A DNA stretch of 55,816 nucleotides from a virus (IMGVR_UViG_3300029183_000004:1-55816), one strand, 5' to 3'. Shown: positions 1-9,431, counted from the stretch's first letter. A program made the numbers and translations. Notes: generated from the sequence alone by a model not told the origin.

Positions 1-93
1 GTTTCCCAGTCACGATCATAGACCACATTGACACCATGCTGTGAATTTTTTCACAGACAAAATGGGGATTCCTTACTGTTCAAATCTTACAAT

Positions 94-129
94 TGAGATT
101 ATTGATAGTTCAATCTATCAATAATCTCA
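94..129. repeat. Perfect 15-bp inverted repeat (hairpin) in putative origin region
   Basis: TGAGATTATTGATAG (94-108), loop TTCAAT, CTATCAATAATCTCA (115-129). Confidence 0.9.
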
Positions 130-210
130 GTTAATCTCAATTTGTTTCAAAAAATCTCAATTTGTTTCAAAAAATCTCAGTTAATCTCAATTTGTCTCAA
201 AATCTGCTCA
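121..210. repeat. AT-rich AATCTCA / TTTGTTTCAA short tandem repeats
   Basis: AATCTCA recurs with 10-20 bp period; the 20-mer AATCTCAATTTGTTTCAAAA is duplicated. Confidence 0.85.
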
Positions 211-232
211 ATGCCGCATCATTTCCGCATCA

Positions 233-360
233 TTGCCACCCTAATGCCACGTGGCATTTCAAATGACACCCTAATGACACCCTTGTTTTGCCACCCTAAT
301 GCCACGTGGCATTTCAAATGACACCCTAATGACACCCTTGTTTTGCCACCCTAATGCCAC
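233..360. repeat. 55-bp direct tandem repeat (about 2.3 copies) built from TG(C/A)CACCCTAA subrepeats; iteron-like, candidate replication origin
   Basis: Identical units start at 233 and 288, partial unit at 343; non-coding and upstream of the primase-helicase. Confidence 0.85.
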
Positions 361-455
361 CTTATTGCCACATCATTACCGCATTATTTCCGCCGAATTT
401 CCGCCGCATTTCCATCTCAAATTGAGATAAGTTGAAACTGATCTAAATTAGGGGA

Positions 456-484
456 TTGACAAACAATGGAACTCATGCTACCAT
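456..484 (+). promoter_or_regulatory. Sigma70-type promoter for the replication arm
   Basis: TTGACA-17 bp-TACCAT with extended -10 TG. Confidence 0.7.
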
Positions 485-903
485 TAAGGAAATTTCAGTG
501 CCACAAAGTACCAACCAACAATTTTCCGGATAGATTACAAACACCTTCCGGATCTATATCAGATCTAAAAATCAACTGGGAAGTGTAGTCAAATAGTCCT
601 ACATAAAATGTTAAACCTACATATTGGTATCTATCGGTAGCTAGCTACCATATACAGCAGGCAGGAGAGGAAGGAGAAATAAAGCTGCTTTAGCCATAGT
701 CCCCCCTGTGGTACAATGGATTTACCTGATGATTTTCGAATGGTTCTTACTTGGCCCTCGATAAGTACTCACTTGGATCTAATTTGGTCCTCTCTTGGCC
801 CTCACTTGGCCCTCAGATATAAAGTACCTCATCAGCTACAGACAGCAAACTGACAGACAGCAGTAGGCTTACCGTCCCTACGGACAAACTAAAGATTGAT
901 TTC

Positions 904-936
904 CTTTAAAGTTAATTATATTGATTAACTTTAAAG
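904..936. repeat. 13-bp-arm inverted repeat in primase leader
   Basis: CTTTAAAGTTAAT-7 nt-ATTAACTTTAAAG. Confidence 0.85.
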
Positions 937-992
937 TCGGTTCAATCTCTCTAGTAGACTCAGTATTGAACTCGTTGTTGAACTAGGTAGTA

Positions 993-1012
993 AATTTGTT
1001 CATGAACAAATT
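993..1012. promoter_or_regulatory. Perfect 20-bp palindrome, possible operator upstream of the primase
   Basis: AATTTGTTCATGAACAAATT. Confidence 0.55.
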
Positions 1013-1059
1013 CATGAAATCGTTATTGGAAACTCTATATTTTCTTAGGACGTATACTT

Positions 1060-4000
1060 ATGGCAAAACATTCTGAAATCGTTGCACAGACGATGAAAAC
1101 AAAACCCCCTGTGAATCAATCAACACAGATCAAGGATATCGTTAGATACCTTACGCTCCTTTTTCCACCTGCTAAACCAGAAGCTAAAGCTTCTAGTCCA
1201 AAGACTACTTCAAAAGCTAAATCGAAATCTAATGCTTCTGAAGAATCCGAAATCCTAATTCAGACTTATTGGAAAGATGAAGAATTGGCCCTTAAAAAGG
1301 GGAGTACAGAATACTTCGGCCACCTAGCTACCTTTGATAATGGAGCGAAATCTCTGTCTGACTTTGCCAAATCAATCGTCGACTACTATGTGGAGGCAGA
1401 GCAATCAGAAGAAGGAAAGTACAACAGTATCTTTGCTCGTATGGGGAATGTTTCAGAGCCAAAGTTTCAGTCAGTAACCAAAGAGGATATTGATTCCATT
1501 GGGACATTGTGGGTAGACTTGGATTATCCGCCAGGAGACAAGCCCTCAATTCCCCCTGTGAGTTCATTCTTTCTACCCCCTTCAATGATTGTTGATTCCG
1601 GTAACGGCTATCATTTCTACTGGCTATTAGATTGTCCTACGGATAACCTAGACGCAGTTGAAAGCTTGAATAAGCAATTAGAGACAATCTTTAACTCGGA
1701 TGCTGTCAGCGATGTCACACGGGTATTACGTATCCCAGGAACCTGGAACGCTAAAGATCCGGAGAATCCTCAGCTATGCCAAATACAAAGTTACCCTACA
1801 GGAAAGCCTCATCGTTATACATTAGCAGAAATTGAATCAGTACTACGAAGCCCATTGGCAATTGAAACAAAGTTTAACTACGATACAAAAAAGGAGACTG
1901 ATCGATCAAGTAATGACTTTAATGCCCTTTGCGCACTGCGGAAGGATTATAACTTCACGCTTGAGACCATCATTGCTCTATTGGATTTCAACCCAAAATT
2001 CTCACTAGCGAGAAAGTATTCAGAGCGTGGGGAAAAGTATCTCCAAACACAATGGAAAGCCATTGAAAAGACCAAGCATTATAAAAACGTTACCTTTAAA
2101 GACTCCCAAAATTCCCAAAATAATTCCCAGAATTCCCAGAATTCCCATAATTCAAAATGGGAATCCCAAAATCCTGATCGGGCGGAAGTACCGGAGGATT
2201 CCCGTCTTTATGAATCCCTTCAATTTTTATCAAATGGAAATATTTCTGAGCTTGCACAGTTAAATAGGGAAAATGAAACGTATATAGCATTATTAGATAC
2301 TCAAGCTAAACCTACCATCGGTCTTTATCGTACTAGTCCACCACCAAAGAAGAGCGGTCTTACCTATGTGATAAATGAAATAATCTTTCCTGGCATTATT
2401 ATTCCTCGCTCATCAATATATCTGGGGGACCAATGGCTAGGGTACTATTGTGAGTACTTCACAACCCCCAATGAATCGACAATGATTTACATTCCCGAAA
2501 GTTATTTACTCGGTATTGAATCAAACGCCAACTATTCGAAACTCTTTTCAAAAGTTATTGATCACATCATACCAACTAAATCAAAGAGAGGCATCGTAGG
2601 TGAAACAATTTCGGATTGGCTGTATCGATTAGATAACTTCAAGTCACGAAAGACCTACCCAACAGTAGAAAAGGCACTGGCAAAAGGAATCTACTTCGAC
2701 AAGAAATCCAAAAAGAAATGGCATATCGATAAAACTGAAACCTATAAGGTATCCCTTACTGATACCGGCTTACAGACATCTCCTGTTAGTCCAGGGACAA
2801 TATCGTACGAAGTACGCAACCCCCAAAACATCGGAGACAACTTACTCACAGGGGCATATGAGAAGCAATCTTATTGCAAAGAGGATATCAAAGGATTCAT
2901 TCAGTACTTACTCCCCCTGTGGGAAATCAATCCCGAGGGAATGACCTTAGCATCCTTTGGTTGGGCATTTGCAACCCCTTATAAGCAGGAATTACACTAT
3001 GCCCTTGGAGCAAAATTTCCCTATCTTCATTTACTTGGATCTCAGGATTCCGGTAAATCTGTTTGGGCCAAAGTAACCAAGCATTTAATTGGATTGACCG
3101 GTGATCATGTAAACTCAGGTGCGGCAGATTCCGGATCAGCCTATCGATTGATCAATATTTTTGCTGAATCTTTATCGACTCCGGTCTACCTTGAAGAACT
3201 TCCGGCGGAAAAAGTTGCCAATCATTTAATTGAAAATATCAAAGACTCATACAATATCAATCACATTGTTCGTCGGGGTACACGCCAACAGACCATGAAT
3301 GAGTATCCATTGTGTCGGCCAATATGCATTACCTCAAACATTGAGATTGGGGACAAAGCTGCTAGATCTAGAGGATTACTCTTCAATGTAACTAGAGATC
3401 ATCATACAACAGAAGCCTCAAATCTTTTAGATCTTTTACTTGGACCAACCGATGAACATAATCTAATGTGTCAATTTGGTCTTCAATATACCCTTTGGAC
3501 CATGACACAGGATTGCCAGGAACTTTTTGCAGAGGCACGGCAAATTGTTCAAAAGTATATCGAACACATGCGAGATTTAATATCTGTTCATGAAATGAAC
3601 CATATACTAAGTACTCGACAGCAGCACAATTACGCTGTGGTAATCTTTGGTCTACTATCATTCCGGAAATTCTTAACTGAATACCTTCAATGTGAAGTAC
3701 CCGAAAGATTAAAGTATATTGACTCGCCCGATGTTGTCGGCATGATAACCCAGTATGGAACGACAGAGACTGCCTACAAAGAGAAGGTCCAAGAGGATGA
3801 ATTAAACGACATCTGTTCATTAAACAATTTTCTTCGGTATGTTATTGATCAGATTCTTATCGATGCTATACCCGAAGATCAGCCAAATATTAAAGGAGTT
3901 CAAAATAAATCTGAGAACAACAAATACGTAAGAAAGCCAGGGATAGTAAATTTCCCTTTTCCACATCATCAAGGGAATCAATTTAAAGCCGTTCCAGAAG

Positions 4001-4233
4001 GACAAAAATATGTTCATTTTGCTCAGATAGGGGCTGTTACAGAATATATCGGAATGCTTCGGAAAAGAGGAATAACGGTTCCACAAAATATCTCGCAACA
4101 ACTAAACAAACAGATTAAGGATGAACTAGATAAGAAGAAAGATTCATCGCTAGTTCGACCAACAAGCCCTATTGGTAATAAACCTAATACATGTAGAATG
4201 CTAAGAGTATTTACTGAGAAGTACTTAGACTAA
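1060..4233 (+). CDS. RepB-like (AEP) DNA primase fused to C-terminal P-loop helicase-like domain
   Basis: LWVDLD, IVDSGNGYHFYWLL and DVTRVLRIPGT primase motifs; GSQDSGKS Walker A and VYLEE Walker B. Confidence 0.85.
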   Translation: MAKHSEIVAQTMKTKPPVNQSTQIKDIVRYLTLLFPPAKPEAKASSPKTTSKAKSKSNASEESEILIQTYWKDEELALKKGSTEYFGHLATFDNGAKSLSDFAKSIVDYYVEAEQSEEGKYNSIFARMGNVSEPKFQSVTKEDIDSIGTLWVDLDYPPGDKPSIPPVSSFFLPPSMIVDSGNGYHFYWLLDCPTDNLDAVESLNKQLETIFNSDAVSDVTRVLRIPGTWNAKDPENPQLCQIQSYPTGKPHRYTLAEIESVLRSPLAIETKFNYDTKKETDRSSNDFNALCALRKDYNFTLETIIALLDFNPKFSLARKYSERGEKYLQTQWKAIEKTKHYKNVTFKDSQNSQNNSQNSQNSHNSKWESQNPDRAEVPEDSRLYESLQFLSNGNISELAQLNRENETYIALLDTQAKPTIGLYRTSPPPKKSGLTYVINEIIFPGIIIPRSSIYLGDQWLGYYCEYFTTPNESTMIYIPESYLLGIESNANYSKLFSKVIDHIIPTKSKRGIVGETISDWLYRLDNFKSRKTYPTVEKALAKGIYFDKKSKKKWHIDKTETYKVSLTDTGLQTSPVSPGTISYEVRNPQNIGDNLLTGAYEKQSYCKEDIKGFIQYLLPLWEINPEGMTLASFGWAFATPYKQELHYALGAKFPYLHLLGSQDSGKSVWAKVTKHLIGLTGDHVNSGAADSGSAYRLINIFAESLSTPVYLEELPAEKVANHLIENIKDSYNINHIVRRGTRQQTMNEYPLCRPICITSNIEIGDKAARSRGLLFNVTRDHHTTEASNLLDLLLGPTDEHNLMCQFGLQYTLWTMTQDCQELFAEARQIVQKYIEHMRDLISVHEMNHILSTRQQHNYAVVIFGLLSFRKFLTEYLQCEVPERLKYIDSPDVVGMITQYGTTETAYKEKVQEDELNDICSLNNFLRYVIDQILIDAIPEDQPNIKGVQNKSENNKYVRKPGIVNFPFPHHQGNQFKAVPEGQKYVHFAQIGAVTEYIGMLRKRGITVPQNISQQLNKQIKDELDKKKDSSLVRPTSPIGNKPNTCRMLRVFTEKYLD

Positions 4234-4250
4234 CAAAGGACAATTTACTT

Positions 4251-4676
4251 ATGTTTCCACTAACTGAAAATCCACAGGAACTCATTGATAAATGTATTTT
4301 TAAAGCATTTGTTTCAATGCTAAGAGGGGAAGAATACATTGATTGCTATTGGGAAACCCCTGGAAAAGTACTTATATCACTTCCATCATTTAATGATTAT
4401 TGTCTTGTTGTTAGGGAAGAATATACCCAATATCAATATGATTTTGAAGTTAGGGAATTTATACTCGGAATTAGTAATTTTTTCATTGAAGGATTTATAA
4501 CCGGTTATCATAACAAGATAGAGAAACGCTGTGTCCTTGAATTCAAAAATTCAAATAGATCTTATTCCGATCCCTTTTTAAATCCATTGGTTAAAATTGC
4601 TTTCCTACCTGCTAGAATTACTCAGATAAATGTTTTTCTATGGAGAGAAGTTATTGCCTACCATTTTCAAACTTAA
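4251..4676 (+). CDS. Hypothetical protein
   Basis: 141-aa ORF with AAGGA RBS, in operon. Confidence 0.7.
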   Translation: MFPLTENPQELIDKCIFKAFVSMLRGEEYIDCYWETPGKVLISLPSFNDYCLVVREEYTQYQYDFEVREFILGISNFFIEGFITGYHNKIEKRCVLEFKNSNRSYSDPFLNPLVKIAFLPARITQINVFLWREVIAYHFQT

Positions 4677-4696
4677 AGTAAAAGGACAATTTACCT

Positions 4697-4960
4697 ATGA
4701 AAATGACAGCGAAGGAATTAACCGATACTGCCGATCTGGATATCAGGAATCACGCTAAGATCTTGTGCCGGTGTGGCTATGAGGACAGTACATATATCTC
4801 CAATTATTGGGATGGATCAACGGTATGGTCATACAAAGGAAGGCATATTCACTTACCTCCAATTGATCCTACTTTTTTAACCATTCTCTTTAGAAACCTA
4901 CCACGTAAGGATTTACTTCGGAAGCAATCAACTGGAGGAAAATCGAATGTTACAGAATAA
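4697..4960 (+). CDS. Hypothetical protein
   Basis: 87-aa ORF with AAGGA RBS. Confidence 0.65.
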   Translation: MKMTAKELTDTADLDIRNHAKILCRCGYEDSTYISNYWDGSTVWSYKGRHIHLPPIDPTFLTILFRNLPRKDLLRKQSTGGKSNVTE

Positions 4961-5072
4961 CCCTCTGCGTCTTGTTGATCAATGCTTGCACAGAGCATTT
5001 ATTTCAATCTTCGTCGGAGACGACTACATCTCATATGATTGGCTGTCCCCTGGCAAAGTTCGAATCTACTGA
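4947..5072 (+). CDS. 41-aa paralog of the N-terminus of ORF 4251 (not in ORF track)
   Basis: GGAGG RBS; MLQNNPLRLVDQCLHRAFISIFVGDDYISYDWLSPGKVRIY aligns with ENPQELIDKCIFKAFVSMLRGEEYIDCYWETPGKV. Confidence 0.7.
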   Translation: MLQNNPLRLVDQCLHRAFISIFVGDDYISYDWLSPGKVRIY

Positions 5073-5091
5073 ATAAAGGAAAAACCTACCT

Positions 5092-5580
5092 ATGATACCC
5101 TTCTATACTTATTACTCTGTCCCTCCGATAAGTGTGGGTCAATCGGAATCTTCCCCAGTTGTCACGATGTTTTTAGATCCAGGCCCAACAACTGGCGTAG
5201 CTGTTACCATAAATACCACTGTAGTTAAAGTCTTAGATTTTCAAGTCGGTGGGCGATACGCTGATTTTTACCGGTTCATAGAGATCATTAACCCGACCAA
5301 AATTGTCTATGAAGGATTCTTCCTTTACCCACGAATGAGCGTAGGTAAAAAGTTTAGTTCCTTACCTGAAGTTGAAATCATTGGGATCATTAAACTCTTT
5401 GCAGATCAACATCAACGGGAGTACCAAACTCATGGTGCATCTCTGATCAAGGATTTCACTAAAAAGGAGGTAGCTAACTACCTTGAATTGCCCTGGGTAG
5501 TAATGAATTCAATATCTAACCATGCTTTTGATGCCTTACGCCATTGTTTCTATTATCAATTAAGGAGTTCACAAGAATGA
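5092..5580 (+). CDS. RuvC-like Holliday junction resolvase (RNase H fold)
   Basis: FLDPGPTTGVA, IVYEGF and HAFDALRH acidic catalytic motifs. Confidence 0.75.
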   Translation: MIPFYTYYSVPPISVGQSESSPVVTMFLDPGPTTGVAVTINTTVVKVLDFQVGGRYADFYRFIEIINPTKIVYEGFFLYPRMSVGKKFSSLPEVEIIGIIKLFADQHQREYQTHGASLIKDFTKKEVANYLELPWVVMNSISNHAFDALRHCFYYQLRSSQE

Positions 5581-7283
5581 TTAAACCTTCACGAAAGATC
5601 ACAAAGCCTATGGAATTACAATGGACCAAACATAATACGGCATGGACCATCAACCCCCCTGTGAGATCTAAGCCAATTCCTGGCGATCAATACCAATCTC
5701 AATTTGATGTCGGGGGGAAAGTTGCTTCTATCTACCCCTCTATTGAAGCCTATGACTCAATTCTTGAACAATATCCCGATATCGAAATCCCAAAAGAGAT
5801 TGAAGAGTGGTACTTTGGTCAGTCAATTATCTTTAGACAACAGCAAAAATTTATTGCTGCCAGAGATCAATTCTATGATTATGAGATGCCCTCGAACAAT
5901 GTCACACTTTATCCACATCAACGGCATACAATTGAATTTCTAAAGCATAATGATCGAGCAATGTGTTTCGATGAAGTGGGACTAGGTAAAACTGTTTCAA
6001 CTTTGGTGGCCCTAACAGACAAGATTGATCGAAAGCAATTCCCAATCAAGATTGTTATTGTCGTTCTGGGGAAGCTTCAAAAGCAATGGAGTAATGAAGT
6101 AGCTCAATGGTTTGGTTTTCCATCTACCGAATTTAATATCTGTAATCGAGCAAAACGAACACGTGAAAATTTATGGGCTGAGTTCTTACAAAATGCTGAC
6201 AACATTTCTATTGCTTATGTTAATTGGGAAGCATTGAAGCTTTTAAATCTTAACTGGGAAGAAGTTAACAATATTCAGTATCTTATTGCAGATGAAGCCC
6301 AAGCTTTGCGTAACCGGAAATCAAAGCAAACAATTGCATTTAAGCAACTGGCAGATAAATCCAAGGTAGTATGGATGTTAACCGGTACGCCATTAGAAAA
6401 AGCACCTCATGAACTTTGGTCTTTGCTCAACATCCTTAATCCAAGATGGTTTCGATCCTACTGGAATTTCTTCAATAGCTTTGTAGATTTTGAACTCACA
6501 GGGGCAGCGGGTTATATAACCCCTGTGGGTGTACGGGAAGAAAGTAAACCAGTCTTACATGAGATTTTGCAAAAGTATTCTGTCCGCCATACTCGTCTAG
6601 AGGAATTTGCAGATCTTAAAGAGGTACAACGAATTTATATTCCTGTATCTTTGACTCGTCAACAGAAAGCCCTGTATAAGGAATTAAAGACTCGAAGCTA
6701 TATTGAACGCTTGAAGCTAGTAATTCCGCATGGTGCTGCTAGATTGCTGCGTATGCGCCAAGTAATCAATTGTCCTACAGCTATTGATCCAGGTATCAAA
6801 AAGCCAGAGCAAGCCAATGCGAAGATTGAAACTGTTCAGGAACTTCTAAGTACAATTCCAGATGCCAATCAGGTAATAATCTTTTGTAGCTTTATCGAAT
6901 CTCTTCGATTACTTGAGCGTACTTGCATCGCAATTCCTTATTATTCAGAAGATCCAGACAAAGAAGAGATACTTCAAGAATTCCAAGCCGGTGAGTTTCA
7001 AGTACTTGCCTGCACCCCCCAATCATTAGGCACCGGTGCCAATCTTCAAAACGCCAACGTAATCATTTACTTTGATGTACCGATATCATCTCTCCAATAC
7101 AAACAAGGCATCGGACGAATTGATAGGATCGGCCAACAAAAGATTCCGTTGGTCTACCATTTAATTGCTGAGGATACTGTTGATGAAGTGATTCACCAGA
7201 TGCTACAGCAAAAAGAAATTGTTTTTGACGAGACAATCCTCACCAATGCCATGCTGAAACAGATTCAAGAAAATGAATCTTGA
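5544..7283 (+). CDS. SNF2-family (SF2) helicase
   Basis: DEVGLGKT, IADEAQ, LTGTP, GTGANLQ and QGIGRIDRIGQ motifs; true start probably ATG 5577. Confidence 0.92.
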   Translation: MFLLSIKEFTRMIKPSRKITKPMELQWTKHNTAWTINPPVRSKPIPGDQYQSQFDVGGKVASIYPSIEAYDSILEQYPDIEIPKEIEEWYFGQSIIFRQQQKFIAARDQFYDYEMPSNNVTLYPHQRHTIEFLKHNDRAMCFDEVGLGKTVSTLVALTDKIDRKQFPIKIVIVVLGKLQKQWSNEVAQWFGFPSTEFNICNRAKRTRENLWAEFLQNADNISIAYVNWEALKLLNLNWEEVNNIQYLIADEAQALRNRKSKQTIAFKQLADKSKVVWMLTGTPLEKAPHELWSLLNILNPRWFRSYWNFFNSFVDFELTGAAGYITPVGVREESKPVLHEILQKYSVRHTRLEEFADLKEVQRIYIPVSLTRQQKALYKELKTRSYIERLKLVIPHGAARLLRMRQVINCPTAIDPGIKKPEQANAKIETVQELLSTIPDANQVIIFCSFIESLRLLERTCIAIPYYSEDPDKEEILQEFQAGEFQVLACTPQSLGTGANLQNANVIIYFDVPISSLQYKQGIGRIDRIGQQKIPLVYHLIAEDTVDEVIHQMLQQKEIVFDETILTNAMLKQIQENES

Positions 7284-7302
7284 ATTTTCTTCAAATTGGG
7301 GG

Positions 7303-7331
7303 TTGACATACTGAATTAAATATGTTAGAAT
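7303..7331 (+). promoter_or_regulatory. Sigma70-type promoter
   Basis: TTGACA-17 bp-TAGAAT with TG extension. Confidence 0.8.
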
Positions 7332-7431
7332 ATAGAAGTTAACAATGATTAGTAACATTTAGTAACGATAAGTAACATTTAATCGGGAGAAATTTATTTA
7401 TGAACAAAACAATCAAGCGTGATAGTCCTAC

Positions 7432-7761
7432 TTGGAGCCAATAAGTATGGAGAATGTACTATCGACTCAATGGTGGAAAAGAAAAGATTATCAGGAGATT
7501 TTAACCGATTATTTTCGTGGGCAAAAGTGTATACTTTCTCCTGATAATTCAATAGGACACATTGATAAGGTAGTCTTTCAACATCCAGAGAAATCATTCC
7601 CTGATGTAGGAGACCTTCCCCCTAAAGTATTATTTTATATCAATCGTGCAACCGGCGGGATGAGTGTATTTACACATGACAAGTTTTATTTTGCTAATGA
7701 ACAAGTCGAAATGAAGATCAAGGAGCTAACATCTTCTGTAAAGGAATTAACTTATGAATAA
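7432..7761 (+). CDS. Hypothetical protein
   Basis: ORF downstream of promoter, coupled to next gene; start uncertain. Confidence 0.55.
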   Translation: MEPISMENVLSTQWWKRKDYQEILTDYFRGQKCILSPDNSIGHIDKVVFQHPEKSFPDVGDLPPKVLFYINRATGGMSVFTHDKFYFANEQVEMKIKELTSSVKELTYE

Positions 7762-8584
7762 ACCTAAACCTAAGCCTAAACGTGGGGTTGTTAAGCCCGT
7801 AAATAAGGTTCAACCATTTACGCCAATTACTTTTAATGCCTCAATGGAACGAATCACCGCATTTATTTACGGAAGTTCTGGAAGTGGTAAAACCTATATG
7901 CTTCGAACATTGGAGAATATTCCTCAACTTTATCCGGCATTGATTATCGTATGTGACCAAGGACATCTGTCATTAAAAGGGATTGATCAAGGAAAGATTA
8001 CTCTCACTACAGCTACTACATATCAGGAACTCAATGATATCTATGAGTATGCGCTGACTGCCCAGGAGTATAAGACAGTTGTCTTAGACAATATTTCGGA
8101 GTTACACCGGCGATTTTTAATTGACAAAGCAAAGGAGCGAAACAAAGGCAAAGGAAATACAGATCTATTTGGCCTAGTGGAAAACGATTACGGTAATGCC
8201 AGAAGTAAAATCATGGATGTCTTAGCAGGATATGCCTTGAACCTACCTCAGAACGTGATTGTTAATGCCTTATCCCATGAGTATATCGACAATGATACCG
8301 AACGTCGATACATTAAACCTAAACTTTTTGGGCAAGTGGCAGAAGAAGCCCCAGGACTATTTGATTTGGTTGGGTACTTAACAATCTATAATCCAACGGC
8401 GAAGGAAAAGCGTGAAGCACAGCGGCTTAAAAAGGAGATTAAACCAGAACGACAATTATATACCCAAGAAACATCGAAGATCAAAGAGGCACGGATACGT
8501 GGGAACGTCCTCCCCCCTGTGATATCGAATCCCACTTGGGATCTAATCTATACTACTTGGGAAGAAAACTATCTGAAGCTTTAA
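7754..8584 (+). CDS. AAA_24 / Sak4-like P-loop ATPase (phage recombination)
   Basis: IYGSSGSGKT, TVVLDNISE and GLFDLVGYL; adjacent to DUF669 gene. Confidence 0.8.
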   Translation: MNKPKPKPKRGVVKPVNKVQPFTPITFNASMERITAFIYGSSGSGKTYMLRTLENIPQLYPALIIVCDQGHLSLKGIDQGKITLTTATTYQELNDIYEYALTAQEYKTVVLDNISELHRRFLIDKAKERNKGKGNTDLFGLVENDYGNARSKIMDVLAGYALNLPQNVIVNALSHEYIDNDTERRYIKPKLFGQVAEEAPGLFDLVGYLTIYNPTAKEKREAQRLKKEIKPERQLYTQETSKIKEARIRGNVLPPVISNPTWDLIYTTWEENYLKL

Positions 8585-8603
8585 TCCTAAGTAGTTTCAG
8601 GCC

Positions 8604-8658
8604 AAACTCAGTCTAAACTCAGTGTAAATTCAGTCTAAACTCAGACCAAATTCAGTGT
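8604..8658 (+). repeat. Five tandem 11-bp repeats (AAAYTCAGTST consensus) upstream of SSB-like gene
   Basis: AAACTCAGTCT AAACTCAGTGT AAATTCAGTCT AAACTCAGACC AAATTCAGTGT. Confidence 0.9.
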
Positions 8659-8686
8659 AATTTAAGAACTTACTAAGGAAAAGATT

Positions 8687-9373
8687 ATGAAAATCAATTT
8701 TAGCGGTATGAAAACGATGTCTTTCGATCCGGTTCCAGCGGGCTTGTACGAAGTAGCCGTTAGTAAAGTAAAAACGGGTACTTCCACTAGTGGATACGCA
8801 AAGATTGACATTACCTTTGATATTGTGGATGACGGGCAATATAACAAGCGAAAGCTTTTCACAACCTTAACGACTCATCCCAATGCCTTGTGGAAATTCT
8901 ACGAAGGATTAAACGCTTTCGGTTACACAGAGGAAGATCTGGAAGGGGATGAAGAGGGAAACGTTGAATTTGACCCACAGGATCTACTTGAAGCGGGCTG
9001 TTATGCCGATGTCATCATCACTGAGTATCAGGGTAAGGAAAAGAATAGCGTTGAGAAGCTGCGTTCTCATGAGGAAATCGAAGGTCTAAATGCCGAGGAT
9101 GTCGAGATTGAAGAAGATGAGGATTTCTATGACGATCCAGAAGAAGCCTTTGAGGAAGATATCCCCGAAACGGTTAATCTGAATGTAGATGCCTCATCTA
9201 TTCTTTCTCCTGCCGCCAAGCGTGTTCTTCAAGAATATCTTGAAGAGATGGATCGAAGTGAAACGCCAGAGGAAATTGCCGAAGGGATCGAAGGGACCGG
9301 CAAGAATGGTCTGATTACCAAGAAAGATATGCAATATTATCTTGAATCTTGGGAAGGTCATTCGATAGAATAG
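8687..9373 (+). CDS. DUF669-like ssDNA-binding protein with acidic linker and C-terminal E3-binding (PSBD)-like domain
   Basis: FDPVPAGLYEV...YNKRKLF; acidic tract; SPAAKR...IEGTGKNGLITKKD. Confidence 0.75.
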   Translation: MKINFSGMKTMSFDPVPAGLYEVAVSKVKTGTSTSGYAKIDITFDIVDDGQYNKRKLFTTLTTHPNALWKFYEGLNAFGYTEEDLEGDEEGNVEFDPQDLLEAGCYADVIITEYQGKEKNSVEKLRSHEEIEGLNAEDVEIEEDEDFYDDPEEAFEEDIPETVNLNVDASSILSPAAKRVLQEYLEEMDRSETPEEIAEGIEGTGKNGLITKKDMQYYLESWEGHSIE

Positions 9374-9403
9374 TCTCAATCCTCTAGACGCATCGCTAAC
9401 TTA

Positions 9404-9431
9404 CTCACAGGGGTAATTAAACCCCTGTGAG
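9404..9431. terminator. Intergenic hairpin made of two inverted motif copies
   Basis: CTCACAGGGGT-AATTAA-ACCCCTGTGAG; no U-tract, so function uncertain. Confidence 0.45.

Noticed and set aside
1-17. Similarity of the first bases to the M13 forward primer (TTTCCCAGTCACGA)
   Set aside because: Only 14 nt match and no further lacZ or vector sequence follows; it cannot be told from chance but is worth checking in reads
233-360. Possible CRISPR array
   Set aside because: Units are contiguous identical repeats with no unique spacers, and there are no cas genes
1328-4101. Antisense or alternate-frame ORFs inside large genes (1328, 2027, 2096, 3392, 3820 and similar elsewhere)
   Set aside because: Shadow ORFs with no recognisable motifs, nested in well-supported genes
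8604-8658. Possible mini-CRISPR
   Set aside because: 11-bp contiguous units with no spacers
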